36,068 nucleotides of DNA from Rickettsiales bacterium (lineage in GTDB: Bacteria > Pseudomonadota > Alphaproteobacteria > Rickettsiales > UBA998). Below, piece by piece: positions 1 to 9,510 of the stretch (its first letter is position 1; each line of letters starts with the position of its first letter). The stretch covers positions 1 to 36,068 of the forward strand of contig JAIEPI010000139.1 of the NCBI GenBank assembly GCA_019749855.1, read 5' to 3'. Below the pieces are notes generated by a model. It saw only the letters and a program-made list of their open reading frames with translations. It ran no database searches and was not told the origin of the DNA. The position numbers and the translations under genes were made by a program.

Positions 1-2
1 GG

Positions 3-650
3 CGCAAATCGCGGGGTGAGCACGAGATTCTGGCCCGAGGTGAGGAAGCGGTGGCCGGCGCCATCCTGATCCATGATCGCCAGCCGCTTGATCCGCTTCG
101 TGCGCGGGCCGGTTTCGGAGACATAGACAATGCGGCTGTCGAAATAGCCGGCCTCGCCGGTGAGGCGCGAATAGACGAGATCGGCGCATTTGTGCGCCGC
201 GCGCCGCCAGCCGGCCGCGGTGGTGACAAAGCCCTGCCGCGCGATCTCGCCGCCGGCGAACACGTCATAGGCATAGCAGGCGAGGGTTATCCCGCCATCG
301 GGATTGGCGGTGACCGTGCCCGTCACCAGCGCCTGCGCCGCGATGGTGCGCCAGGCCGGGAAATCGGGTTTCAGCACATCATCGATGCCCACACTGGTGG
401 TGTATGCGGCCGGGTCGATCGGCTTGAACAGGCCGGAGGACTTCAGATCACTGGCGATCACCTGCATGGTATGAAGTTTTGCGGCTGTGACAGAGAGAAT
501 GCCCGAGCCACAGCCCACATCCAGTAGCTGGCCCCCGTCATGGGGTGGCCCCAGCACACCTAATATCTCCAGCAGCAAAGCCGTTGAGGGGTGGGCACCG
601 GAGCCAAATGCAACGCCTGCTTCAATAAGGATGCTGGGTGTCTGTTCCAT
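3..650 (-). CDS. 3'-partial ORF: PrmA-like SAM methyltransferase N-terminus (650-~450) in frame with a TolB internal region (~467-1); probable chimera
   Basis: Manual translation from ATG 650 (GGAG upstream): MEQTPSILIEAGVAFGSGAHPST...QLLDVGCGSGILSVTAAKLHTMQVIASD (PrmA AFGxGxHxxT and DxGCGSGILS motifs), then LKSSGLFKPID...WRRAAHKCADLVYSRLTGEAGYFDSRIVYVSETGP...KRLAIMDQDGA...LVLTPRFA (alphaproteobacterial TolB). No stop before the window edge. Confidence 0.85.
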   Translation of the reverse strand, partial: MEQTPSILIEAGVAFGSGAHPSTALLLEILGVLGPPHDGGQLLDVGCGSGILSVTAAKLHTMQVIASDLKSSGLFKPIDPAAYTTSVGIDDVLKPDFPAWRTIAAQALVTGTVTANPDGGITLACYAYDVFAGGEIARQGFVTTAAGWRRAAHKCADLVYSRLTGEAGYFDSRIVYVSETGPRTKRIKRLAIMDQDGAGHRFLTSGQNLVLTPRFA

Positions 651-792
651 GATTTCTCCACATATGGAAAAGAATTCTATCACCAACTACTACATTTTGT
701 GAAAATCCTCTAGCATCTGTCATATGAACTTGGCATGATGCATCTGACAGGCGCATTGGCATTTGTCATCATTCAACGTCGGAGGGTTTAGT

Positions 793-1296
793 ATGGCTAT
801 ACGTTTGCCTGACCTTGAGACACCTGCGTTCAATCCTATCGAGCTGGCTGAAGAAGTTATGACGCACCGTGAGGTGCCGTTTGATCGCCCGCTTGAAGAT
901 GAACTGGTGGCCGAGCTCACTGGACACTGGTGTAATTATCGGTTGTGGCTATCCTGGGAAGAATCTCTGGGTGCACTGATGCTAACCTCTTCATATGACA
1001 TTAAAATTCCAGAACAACATCGGGCGCTTCTCTATCCCCTGGTGGCGCGTATTAATGAGAACGTACTGCTGGGCCATTTTGATATTTCCTCGGAAGATGG
1101 CACTGTTTCTTATCGTTATGGGCAGCTGGCGACTGATTCCAAAGCCATCACACAGACCCTGCTGGAAGAGCTGATCGACATTGCCGCTGCTGAGTGCGAG
1201 CGGTTTTATCCTGCCTTCCAAACCGTGCTGTGGGGCGGACAAAATAGTGAAGATGCATTAAAACTCGTTTTGTTTGTCCACGCAGGAGAAGCATGA
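793..1296 (+). CDS. YbjN domain-containing protein (putative sensory transduction regulator)
   Basis: GGAGG at 781-785 before ATG 793; W..YRLWLSW, INE...LGHFD and ECERFYPAFQ.V.WGG pattern of the YbjN-like gene usually found upstream of proC in Alphaproteobacteria. Confidence 0.8.
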   Translation: MAIRLPDLETPAFNPIELAEEVMTHREVPFDRPLEDELVAELTGHWCNYRLWLSWEESLGALMLTSSYDIKIPEQHRALLYPLVARINENVLLGHFDISSEDGTVSYRYGQLATDSKAITQTLLEELIDIAAAECERFYPAFQTVLWGGQNSEDALKLVLFVHAGEA

Positions 1297-2120
1297 GCGA
1301 CCCACATCTGGTGATGCTCGGCTGTGGCCGAATGGGTGCCGCATTGCTTTCACAATGGTTGGCGACGGGCGCATGGAAACATGACGTGACCGTGGTTAAG
1401 CCCACGCCAGCACTTCCTGACGGGCTGGGAAACCACCGAAAAATTCACTGGGTGGCCGATCTTGAATCGTTACCCGCTCATACGCTGCCGTCCGTCGTTG
1501 TTTTAGCGGTAAAGCCACAAACACTGGCAGAGACATTGCCTCTTTGCGCTAGTTTATTGGGCAACACCCTGCCCTATCTCACGATTGCTGCGGGACGTCG
1601 CATCCGTTTCTATCAGGAGCATTTAGGGGCAGGCGTGAGGCTTGTACGAGTGATGCCCAACACACCCTGCTTCATCGGAATGGGCATGACGGCGCTACAT
1701 GCCTCCGCCACGGCGAGTGAATCAGATACTGATTTGGCGGAAGCCTTGATGCGTGCCGTCGGCGAAACCACCTGGTTATCCAGTGAGGATAGCATGGATA
1801 TTGCCACGGCGATTTCAGGTAGTGGCCCCGCCTATGTTTTTTACTTTATGGAATGCCTGATTTCCGCCGCCATAGAGATGGGATTGGACGAACAGACCTC
1901 TCGCCTACTGGTTGTACAAACGTTGCATGGCAGTAGCGAACTAGCCTATCTCACCGGTGAACCGCTGGCGAAACTTCGCCAGGATGTTAGCAGCCCTGGA
2001 GGCACCACGGAAGCCGCATTATCGCACCTTATGCATCCGTCAGGACAGTTGCGACTGATGTATGATGCCGTTCAGGCGGCTCTGCAAAAAGCACGCGAAA
2101 TTGCTGCATCTGCACAGTAA
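1293..2120 (+). CDS. proC: pyrroline-5-carboxylate reductase
   Basis: GCGRMG Rossmann motif, LAVKPQ, RVMPNTP, TAISGSGPAY, VSSPGGTT; ATGA overlap with upstream gene. Confidence 0.97.
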   Translation: MSDPHLVMLGCGRMGAALLSQWLATGAWKHDVTVVKPTPALPDGLGNHRKIHWVADLESLPAHTLPSVVVLAVKPQTLAETLPLCASLLGNTLPYLTIAAGRRIRFYQEHLGAGVRLVRVMPNTPCFIGMGMTALHASATASESDTDLAEALMRAVGETTWLSSEDSMDIATAISGSGPAYVFYFMECLISAAIEMGLDEQTSRLLVVQTLHGSSELAYLTGEPLAKLRQDVSSPGGTTEAALSHLMHPSGQLRLMYDAVQAALQKAREIAASAQ

Positions 2121-2139
2121 TCTAGGGTTGTATTTTTTC

Positions 2140-2270
2140 TTTGTGCGCCGCGCCATCAAAGGGGTTGACGTAAGTTAAAATATATTGCATTGTGCATTTC
2201 AGAAGTGAGTGCAGATGTATTTTTATTCTGCACGCTTGTGCGTGCTTTTTTTAACTGTGCTCAGCATTAG
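2140..2270 (+). promoter_or_regulatory. phasin promoter region with PhaR-like TGC-N3-GCA boxes
   Basis: TTGACG at 2165-2170; TGCTCAGCA at 2258-2266 (perfect), TGCGCCGCG at 2144-2152 and TGCATTTCA at 2193-2201 (one mismatch each). Confidence 0.4.
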
Positions 2271-2333
2271 ACAACCTCTGATGTGAGCCACAATAACTGA
2301 TCAAACGTAAACAGGTTCACAAAGGAGTTTATC

Positions 2334-2759
2334 ATGGCTGCGAAGTCCAACACTGCAAACTACAACGAGATGTGGAAATCATGGAGCGAGTACAAAGTTC
2401 CTGCGATGGACATGAACAAATTTTTCGCGATGCAACGTCGCAATATGGAAGCGTTCACCGCTGCCAATCAAATGATGATTGAGAGCGCACAGGCCATTTC
2501 CAAGCGTCAAACCGAAATGGTTCGTGACACGGTGGAACAGTTCCTCAAAACCTCAAAAGAGCTGATGAACTCGAAATCCCCTGAAACCAATACAACACGT
2601 CAAACTGAATATGCGAAATCCATGTACGAGAACGCTGTCAGCGGTGCACGTGAGATTTCCGAAATGGCAAAAAAATCCAGCATGGAAGCTTTTGACATGT
2701 TGAATCGTCGTGCAGCAGAAAGCGTTGAAGAAATTTCTTCTTTCGCTAAAGCAGCGTAA
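2334..2759 (+). CDS. phaP: phasin (PHA granule-associated protein)
   Basis: AAGGAG RBS; 141 aa helical protein with QRRNMEAFTAANQ...GAREISEMAKKSSMEAFDMLNRRAAES phasin pattern. Confidence 0.88.
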   Translation: MAAKSNTANYNEMWKSWSEYKVPAMDMNKFFAMQRRNMEAFTAANQMMIESAQAISKRQTEMVRDTVEQFLKTSKELMNSKSPETNTTRQTEYAKSMYENAVSGAREISEMAKKSSMEAFDMLNRRAAESVEEISSFAKAA

Positions 2760-2779
2760 CACAAACGATCCCGCTATTG

Positions 2780-2813
2780 AAAAAGGGGTTCTCAACCGAG
2801 AACCCCTTTTTTT
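2780..2813 (+). terminator. Rho-independent terminator (possibly bidirectional)
   Basis: AAAAAGGGGTTCTC-aacc-GAGAACCCCTTTTTTT perfect stem plus T run after the phasin stop. Confidence 0.92.
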
Positions 2814-2931
2814 GTATGTTATGGCTGCCACGTCAGGGATATTGACATAAATTCCTGACAAAATTCGTGGGATTTTAATAGCATCCTGCGTTTGAATACC
2901 TTATTCCATGAGATACAGATGCTGATCTGAA

Positions 2932-4656
2932 ATGGATAGAGACATGCCGTCGATATATTCACCTGGTGATAACTACAAAGCGCCCAGCTTTTCTAAACTT
3001 TTGCAGCTTGTTCTGATACCAGAACGTAGTTTTTATGTGCTGGCGATTGTCTATGGTCTGGCCATCAGCCTATTGACACTAGCCGTGCCCATATCCGTAC
3101 AAACGCTGGTGAGCACCGTGGCCAACACCGCTTTGTTAAATCCCGTGGTCATCCTCTCGGTGATGCTGCTGACGTTGCTCGGCTTCTCAGGAGCGCTCAA
3201 TGCGTTACAATATTATGTTATGGAACTGTTTGAGCGGCGGTTTTACGCGCGCATCACCGGTGATATCGCGCTTCGAAACATCTATGCGCAATACTCGCAT
3301 TTCGAAAGCATTAATCGGGCGGAGCTGATTAACCGCTATTTTGAGATCATGGTGGTTCAGAAAAACGTGCCGTTGCTGGTGACGGGGGCGTTTTCTCTTG
3401 GTCTGCAAACGGTGGTGGGAATCAGCATCGTTTCATTTTACCATCCTGTGTTGTTGATGTTTAACGTCCTGCTTTTGCTGGCAATCATCGGTATCTGGAA
3501 AATCTGGGGCGCGCGAGCCATGCATCAAGCACTTGATGTCTCGGCAGCCAAATACACGGCGGCGCGCTGGCTGGAGGAGCTGGCACGAGCCAACCATTTC
3601 TTTAAATCAGAAAAACATATTCTGTTTGCTCTGGATCGCACGGACGAGTTAACCGGCAATTACATTAATGCGCGCAAGAAACTCTTCCGCTCCACCATCT
3701 CTCAAAACATCAGCTTTCTTCTGCTATATGCGCTGGCCAGCTCGATGCTGCTGGGCATTGGAGGATGGCTGGTGATAAGTAATCAATTGACGCTTGGCCA
3801 ATTAGTCGCGGCGGAGCTTATCCTCTCCGCGATTTTATTTGGGCTCTCCAAATTTGCCAGCCAGCTTTCACTTTTTTATGAGCTTTACGCGTCCTTGGAA
3901 AAAATTTCACATTTTTATAAAATCCCCTTAGAGGATACCAATGGTCGCTACACACTCGATGCGCACACCAGCACCGACATCACGATTGATAAGGTGGAGC
4001 ACCGTTTTCGCAGTCGCCACTTTATTCTGGATTTCATGTTACCGGCTGGCTCAAAAATCATGGCCGTTACCAGCTCAAATACGCTTGAGAAGCTGATTAT
4101 TGATCTACTGCAGGGACATCGTGAACCGACGCAGGGCCGCATTCTAGTCGGCCAGCATGATCTACTTGATTACAATCTGCATGTGTTGCGTGAGCGAATC
4201 CTTGTGCTTGATAATGCGATGATGATTGAAGGCACCATTGAGAATTACCTGCATTTTGGCTGCCCCAAAGCCTCGCGTGCCGACATCCATCACGTCCTGC
4301 GCGCTGTTGATCTCGAGGAAACCATTGGCCATCTCAAAGACGGTTTAGAAACAGAAATTACGCCCTCTGGCTATCCCCTATCTTATGTTGAGGTCTTGCG
4401 CCTGAAGCTGGCAGTTGCATTGTTATCCAAACCCAATGTGCTGGTCATCACTGAGATTTATGACATTCTCAATCATAGTCAACGTAGACATATCTTTGAA
4501 TATATTCATGGGCTTCCTGAGATGAGCCTGTTGTATTTTTCCAATCGCCAGGATGTACATCATTTTGACCAATATCTGCTGATGAACCATAACTCACAAA
4601 CCTATTTTTCCTCTCTGGAAGCACTGCGTCAGGCAGAAATTTTAGGAGGCACATGA
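2932..4656 (+). CDS. type I secretion ABC transporter permease/ATP-binding protein with degenerate NBD
   Basis: N-terminal TM domain (LTLAVPISVQTLV, LTLGQLVAAELI); NBD-like C-terminus; directly upstream of HlyD and TolC. Confidence 0.88.
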   Translation: MDRDMPSIYSPGDNYKAPSFSKLLQLVLIPERSFYVLAIVYGLAISLLTLAVPISVQTLVSTVANTALLNPVVILSVMLLTLLGFSGALNALQYYVMELFERRFYARITGDIALRNIYAQYSHFESINRAELINRYFEIMVVQKNVPLLVTGAFSLGLQTVVGISIVSFYHPVLLMFNVLLLLAIIGIWKIWGARAMHQALDVSAAKYTAARWLEELARANHFFKSEKHILFALDRTDELTGNYINARKKLFRSTISQNISFLLLYALASSMLLGIGGWLVISNQLTLGQLVAAELILSAILFGLSKFASQLSLFYELYASLEKISHFYKIPLEDTNGRYTLDAHTSTDITIDKVEHRFRSRHFILDFMLPAGSKIMAVTSSNTLEKLIIDLLQGHREPTQGRILVGQHDLLDYNLHVLRERILVLDNAMMIEGTIENYLHFGCPKASRADIHHVLRAVDLEETIGHLKDGLETEITPSGYPLSYVEVLRLKLAVALLSKPNVLVITEIYDILNHSQRRHIFEYIHGLPEMSLLYFSNRQDVHHFDQYLLMNHNSQTYFSSLEALRQAEILGGT

Positions 4657-5648
4657 TGACAGAGTTTTCACAGCATCATAAGCAGCGCTTAAACACACTG
4701 CATCAAATGCGCATACCCAGAGTGATGCAAAGTGTCGCCCGCCTTGTGCGCGTGATGATACTCACCATCATTATTTTTTTAGTCTTCACCCCTTGGGTTC
4801 AGACAGCTCCTGGCAGTGGCCATGTCACCGCGTTTTCTCCAGGTGATCGTTTGCAAACCGTGAATGCACAAGTCAGCGGGCGCATCAGTCGCTGGTTTGT
4901 ACAGGATGGCGTGCAGGTAAAAGAAGGCGACCCCATCGTTGAAATTATTGATAATGACCCTCGTCTTGTGGAGCGGCTGCGCGCTGAACGCGATGCCGTC
5001 ATACGCAAATTTGAAGCCGCGCAAATTGCGGTGGAAACAGCGGAGATAAATCTCAACCGACAGGAAGATCTCTACAAGCGAGGCCTGAGCGCCCGTAAGG
5101 AATTTGAGGAAGCGCGCATCAAATACAAAACGCTTAAATCGGCGGCCGCGCAGGCATCAGCTGATGTCAATAAAGCGGATGTACAGCTATCGCGTCAGGC
5201 CAGCCAGCTTATCACGGCGCCCCGCGATGGCACCGTGGTGCAAATACTGTCCGGTAATCTTGCCACCTTCATCAAGGAGGGGGATCAGCTCGCCACGTTT
5301 TTACCTAATGACAGTCGTCTGGCCGTGGAGCTTTATGTCAATGGGTTGGATATTCCTCTCATCCGTGCCGGCCGTCATGTTCGCTTGCAGTTTGAGGGGT
5401 GGCCGGTGGTGCAGTTTAGCGGCTGGCCATCCGTCGCCATTGGGACGTTTGCGGGGATTGTCACGGTGGTAGAGCCAAATGTTTCGCCTAACGGCCGCTT
5501 CCGGCTGCTGATCACGGAAGATCCGGCTCAGCCTTGGCCATCACGTCATTTTCTACGTTTTGGTGCCAAGGTAAAGGGATGGGTGTTGCTCAATAAAGTA
5601 CCCTTGGGGTATGCTTTCTTTGCAGGAGGTGCTGCAATCCTCCATTAA
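4653..5648 (+). CDS. HlyD family membrane fusion protein (C-terminus apparently truncated)
   Basis: N-terminal TM, PWVQT, lipoyl-like half motifs (V.A.VSGRI, ITAPRDGTV), coiled coil, VRLQFEGWP.VQFSGWPS. Confidence 0.9.
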   Translation: MMTEFSQHHKQRLNTLHQMRIPRVMQSVARLVRVMILTIIIFLVFTPWVQTAPGSGHVTAFSPGDRLQTVNAQVSGRISRWFVQDGVQVKEGDPIVEIIDNDPRLVERLRAERDAVIRKFEAAQIAVETAEINLNRQEDLYKRGLSARKEFEEARIKYKTLKSAAAQASADVNKADVQLSRQASQLITAPRDGTVVQILSGNLATFIKEGDQLATFLPNDSRLAVELYVNGLDIPLIRAGRHVRLQFEGWPVVQFSGWPSVAIGTFAGIVTVVEPNVSPNGRFRLLITEDPAQPWPSRHFLRFGAKVKGWVLLNKVPLGYAFFAGGAAILH

Positions 5649-6957
5649 GCATTATCCGGAAATTCTTCAGGCACGAGCTGGCATCGATGCACGGCGTGGC
5701 GCGGTGACGGCGGCAAAGGGGGTTTTTGATCTTGAGTTGAATCAGGATAGCTATGCCCGTGCGGCGGGTTTTTATGATGGGAAAATTGTTGATACACGCA
5801 TCCAAAAACGTATTGAGGGCACCAATACGCAGGTCTATGGCGGCTACCGTATCGCCGATGGCAACTTTCCCATCTATGAAGATAAACTCTTTACGAATAA
5901 TGACGGTGAATTTTCTCTGGGTGCGATATTTTCTTTGCTACGTGATCGCGCCATTGATGAAGATCGCTTCAGCTTAAGTCAGCGTGAGCTTGAACTGAAG
6001 GCTTCCACGCTCGACCTGTTACTGACAAAAGTTTCCGTGCAACATGAAGCCATGCAGGCCTATGCTGATTGGCTGGCAGCGGGGCAAATCGTCAATGTGC
6101 GTCGTGATCTGCTGGAGATTGCACAAAAGCGCCAGTCTGGTTTAAGCCAGCGCGCGGCACGGGGGGATGTTGCCAATATCTTTGTCACAGAAAATCAGCA
6201 ATATTTACTGGCGCGGCAAACACAACTAAACGACGCAGAGCGCGACTTTATCACGACAGCCAACCGCCTCTCTCTCTATTGGCGAGACGCACAAGGGCAG
6301 CCTGTGACACCAGTTGCCACATTACTACCCAAGCGTTTTCCCATCACCCATTCGCCGCTGGGCGAGCATGCAGAAGAAGATGCCATGCAGCGACTTCGCG
6401 CCCGTCCGGAATTTGATATTTTGGATACCTCCATTGAACAAGAAAAGAATCGTCTGGCGCTGGGCGAGAATCGCCTGCTACCGCGGGTGAATCTGGGAGT
6501 GGAAACCGCTCGCGATTATGGTGACGGCAGCCCAACGCGTGATGAAACAGAAGCGCTGGTTAAGCTGAATATATCGATTCCTTTGCAGCAGCGCGCAGGC
6601 AGAGGCATTGTTGCGCAAGCCAATGCTAAGCTGAAAGAGCTGGATTATCAGCGCAGGCTGCTCAATGACCGTATTCATGCGGAAATAAAAAATATTGTCG
6701 CTGAGATTAATCTGGCAGAACAAAATGTGGCACTCACCGAGAGTGAAGTGAAAGTGGCAAACATCATGCAGCGCGCCGAGCAGGAGCGTTTCACCAGCGG
6801 CGCCAGTGATTTCTTTGTGGTGAATTTGCGAGAAGACAATGTCGGCAATGCCCGCATTAAACAAACTCAGTCGCAATTAAAACTGTTTAAATCAGTGGCC
6901 AATTATTACGCGGCTACAGCAAATCTGGCGAAGCTTGGAATCGAAGACAAGCGCTAG
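5611..6957 (+). CDS. TolC family outer membrane channel (no signal peptide visible)
   Basis: LSLQEVL...P start, two OEP-like repeats, E.ERF..G.SDFF.VNLRE motif. Confidence 0.88.
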   Translation: MLSLQEVLQSSIKHYPEILQARAGIDARRGAVTAAKGVFDLELNQDSYARAAGFYDGKIVDTRIQKRIEGTNTQVYGGYRIADGNFPIYEDKLFTNNDGEFSLGAIFSLLRDRAIDEDRFSLSQRELELKASTLDLLLTKVSVQHEAMQAYADWLAAGQIVNVRRDLLEIAQKRQSGLSQRAARGDVANIFVTENQQYLLARQTQLNDAERDFITTANRLSLYWRDAQGQPVTPVATLLPKRFPITHSPLGEHAEEDAMQRLRARPEFDILDTSIEQEKNRLALGENRLLPRVNLGVETARDYGDGSPTRDETEALVKLNISIPLQQRAGRGIVAQANAKLKELDYQRRLLNDRIHAEIKNIVAEINLAEQNVALTESEVKVANIMQRAEQERFTSGASDFFVVNLREDNVGNARIKQTQSQLKLFKSVANYYAATANLAKLGIEDKR

Positions 6958-7700
6958 AGTAATGTTCGCACAAGCCAGAAATACCATGGGTACGGCAACA
7001 GGCGCAGCAGCTTCATCACGCGTGTGAAGCGCTTGGGAAAATGAATATCAAAGCGGTTGGTTTTCATGCCGGCAACCATGGCGCTCGCTGCCTGCTCGGG
7101 CGAGATCATCATCGGCATTTTGAAGTCATTTTTATCCGTGAGTCGCGTTTTGACAAACCCTGGATTCACCACCTGCACCTTAATGCCCGTTGTCTCCAGA
7201 TCAATGTAGAGATTCTCCGCCAGATGCAGTAGTGCGGCCTTGCTTGCCCCATAACCGATGGCCTTGGGTAGCCCACGATATCCTGCCACACTTGCCACCA
7301 GCACAATATGGCCTTGCTGGCGAGACAGCATCGCGGGAAGCACCGAATCCAGTACTCGCAATGCACCGCTAAAGTTCACGTCAATCATCTGTTCAGCGCG
7401 CGCCAGATCCATGCCCTGAGCACTCATTGGATCATAAGCGCCCGCATTGTAAATCACGATATCAGGTACCCCCTGCTGGATGACTTCCTGAAAGGCATGG
7501 CGCACACTCTCACGGGACGTCACATCCATCACGGCCACCTGATGGCCCTGCCCCGCTAATCCTTGCTGCACTTCCAGCAACCGCTGTTGTTGCCGCGAGG
7601 AAAGAATCAGTTGTGCCCCCTCATGGGAGAGCTGCGTTGCCAATGCCGCACCAATCCCCTCGCTGGCACCGATCAGCCAGATCCGCTTGCTCTGAAACAT
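6954..7700 (-). CDS. short-chain dehydrogenase/reductase
   Basis: GASEGIG, NAG, YGASK catalytic motif, PGFVKT. Confidence 0.95.
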   Translation of the reverse strand: MFQSKRIWLIGASEGIGAALATQLSHEGAQLILSSRQQQRLLEVQQGLAGQGHQVAVMDVTSRESVRHAFQEVIQQGVPDIVIYNAGAYDPMSAQGMDLARAEQMIDVNFSGALRVLDSVLPAMLSRQQGHIVLVASVAGYRGLPKAIGYGASKAALLHLAENLYIDLETTGIKVQVVNPGFVKTRLTDKNDFKMPMMISPEQAASAMVAGMKTNRFDIHFPKRFTRVMKLLRLLPYPWYFWLVRTLL

Positions 7701-7705
7701 GTGGA

Positions 7706-8236
7706 TTACTCTTTACGGAAGGCGATCACCAGCTCACCCACTTTCAGGCCAAATTTTTTCATTGAAGTGCGGTTAATGAGGGTTTTCTCATCAATCAAAT
7801 ACATCCAGTCATCCATCGAGAGATCAATCGTTTTACCAGAATCACGTTTGGCGCGCAGCGTGTATTGCATGTTCACGGCATTGCCAAACTGCGAGCCCTC
7901 AGCCTTGCCCACCACGTCATGCGCGGTGCCAGTGAAATGGTGATCATCATCATAGGTCACCGTCCACACGCGCTCATCTTTGCGACCATCACTATAGGTG
8001 AACCACTCCTTCAGCGTGCCTTGATTACCCACCCAGCTTCCTTCCATCACCACGTAAAACTGGCGATCCACTTTGCCGGTGTAATCGAACAAAATGCCCC
8101 ATGCTTCCAGCCGCCCATTGAGATATTGCCGTAGATCCAGCACCGGCATGTTGTTTTTATAATCCTCTGGGCTATGGCCAGAGCAACCACCCAACATGAA
8201 CATCAGGCTAGCAACAAATGTTTTAATTTTTTTCAT
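7706..8236 (-). CDS. DUF3833 family lipoprotein
   Basis: Lipobox LGGC; G.L.AWG, E.F.YSDG, MDDWMYL...LINR..M.KFG pattern; position in cfa-type operon. Confidence 0.85.
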   Translation of the reverse strand: MKKIKTFVASLMFMLGGCSGHSPEDYKNNMPVLDLRQYLNGRLEAWGILFDYTGKVDRQFYVVMEGSWVGNQGTLKEWFTYSDGRKDERVWTVTYDDDHHFTGTAHDVVGKAEGSQFGNAVNMQYTLRAKRDSGKTIDLSMDDWMYLIDEKTLINRTSMKKFGLKVGELVIAFRKE

Positions 8237-9510
8237 GACACGTTCCTTTTATCAATGGGACTGAGAGAGAGTAGAATAAACGCAATTAACTTCAAAAAGC
8301 ACGGCACCAACGCATAGGCAATACTCAAACTATCAAGTGCGGCATCATGATTGAATTGGGAAGGCTGGAACCCTGCCTGATCCAGTAATGGTAAACTTAG
8401 ACCTGCGGCTAATGCAAGACTCAGCTTGGTCAGAAAATTCCAGATGCCGAAGGCGAGGCTGCGTATCTGCGGGTGATGGTGCAGACTATCGGCGAGAAGC
8501 GACGGTAAAATGGCGACGTCGCCGCCCACTGCGATGCCTGATAACGCGCAAATGATGGCAAAAGAGAGCACATCACCACTGCCCAGCGCATAGGTCCACA
8601 TAAACGAACCAAGGGCCAGAACCATGGCTGCCTGTAATGGGCGACGCTTACCATAATGACGGGTTATCCAACTCCAGAATGGAACACTCACGGCGGCACT
8701 CAGGAAATACAGTGCCAGAAGATAGCCCGTGGCTTGCGGTGCCATCAGACGATCCTCAACAAAGAAAATGAACAGGTTGGATGTCAGAGCAACCGGCAAG
8801 GCATTGACAAAAAAGAGGGAAAAAAGCCAGCGGCGATTTGGGGAAGAAAAACACTCACGCCAACTGGTATGCTGGATCATCCCCGCCTTTGCTGGCAGGA
8901 TGCGCACTGAATTCCACTGACGCATGCGCAATAGTGGTAACGCGCACGCAGCAAGTGTCACGGTAAACATCAGGCTAAACCAGATGAACCCCTGCGCCAT
9001 ACCATAAACTTTCGTCAGAATCTGTGGCAATACGGCGGCCAAAATCACTCCGGCGAGCATAATGCCCTCCCGCGCTGAGGTCACACGGGTGTTCTCATGA
9101 TAATCACCGCCACCCAACTCGACGCCCAATCCACTATAGAGAATGGTAAGCACACTAAAAGCAAAATACACCAAGATCAGGCAAAGACTCAGCCAGATCG
9201 TCAGGCCCATGCCGGTGAGCGCCACCGGATAAAAAAGAGCTGCATAGCTGCCAGCAAGCAAAAGAACACAGAATAAGACAGCGCTTTTTCTGTAATGCGG
9301 CCAACGATCGGCGGCCCAGCCAATAAGCGGGTCCTGCACCGCATCAAGTAATCGTACAAATAACAATACGGAGCCGATCAATGCCAGATCCATGGCGTGG
9401 ACGGCATGGTAATAACTGGGCAGATGCACATAGATGGGCAGTCCGGCAAATGCGAGTGGCAAACCGAACATGCCATAACGCAAAAGCGCCCACCGCGACA
9501 GATGGCTCAC
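8233..9510 (-). CDS. MFS transporter (GPH/MelB-like)
   Basis: About 12 hydrophobic segments, RLLDAVQDPLIG; GTG start at 9510 overlaps the upstream TGA (ORF track extends to 9573). Confidence 0.9.
   Translation of the reverse strand: MSHLSRWALLRYGMFGLPLAFAGLPIYVHLPSYYHAVHAMDLALIGSVLLFVRLLDAVQDPLIGWAADRWPHYRKSAVLFCVLLLAGSYAALFYPVALTGMGLTIWLSLCLILVYFAFSVLTILYSGLGVELGGGDYHENTRVTSAREGIMLAGVILAAVLPQILTKVYGMAQGFIWFSLMFTVTLAACALPLLRMRQWNSVRILPAKAGMIQHTSWRECFSSPNRRWLFSLFFVNALPVALTSNLFIFFVEDRLMAPQATGYLLALYFLSAAVSVPFWSWITRHYGKRRPLQAAMVLALGSFMWTYALGSGDVLSFAIICALSGIAVGGDVAILPSLLADSLHHHPQIRSLAFGIWNFLTKLSLALAAGLSLPLLDQAGFQPSQFNHDAALDSLSIAYALVPCFLKLIAFILLSLSPIDKRNVS

Noticed and set aside
51-702. Plus-strand ORFs 51..527 and 487..702
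   Set aside because: Antisense shadows of the minus-strand PrmA-like/TolB frame, which carries the recognisable motifs
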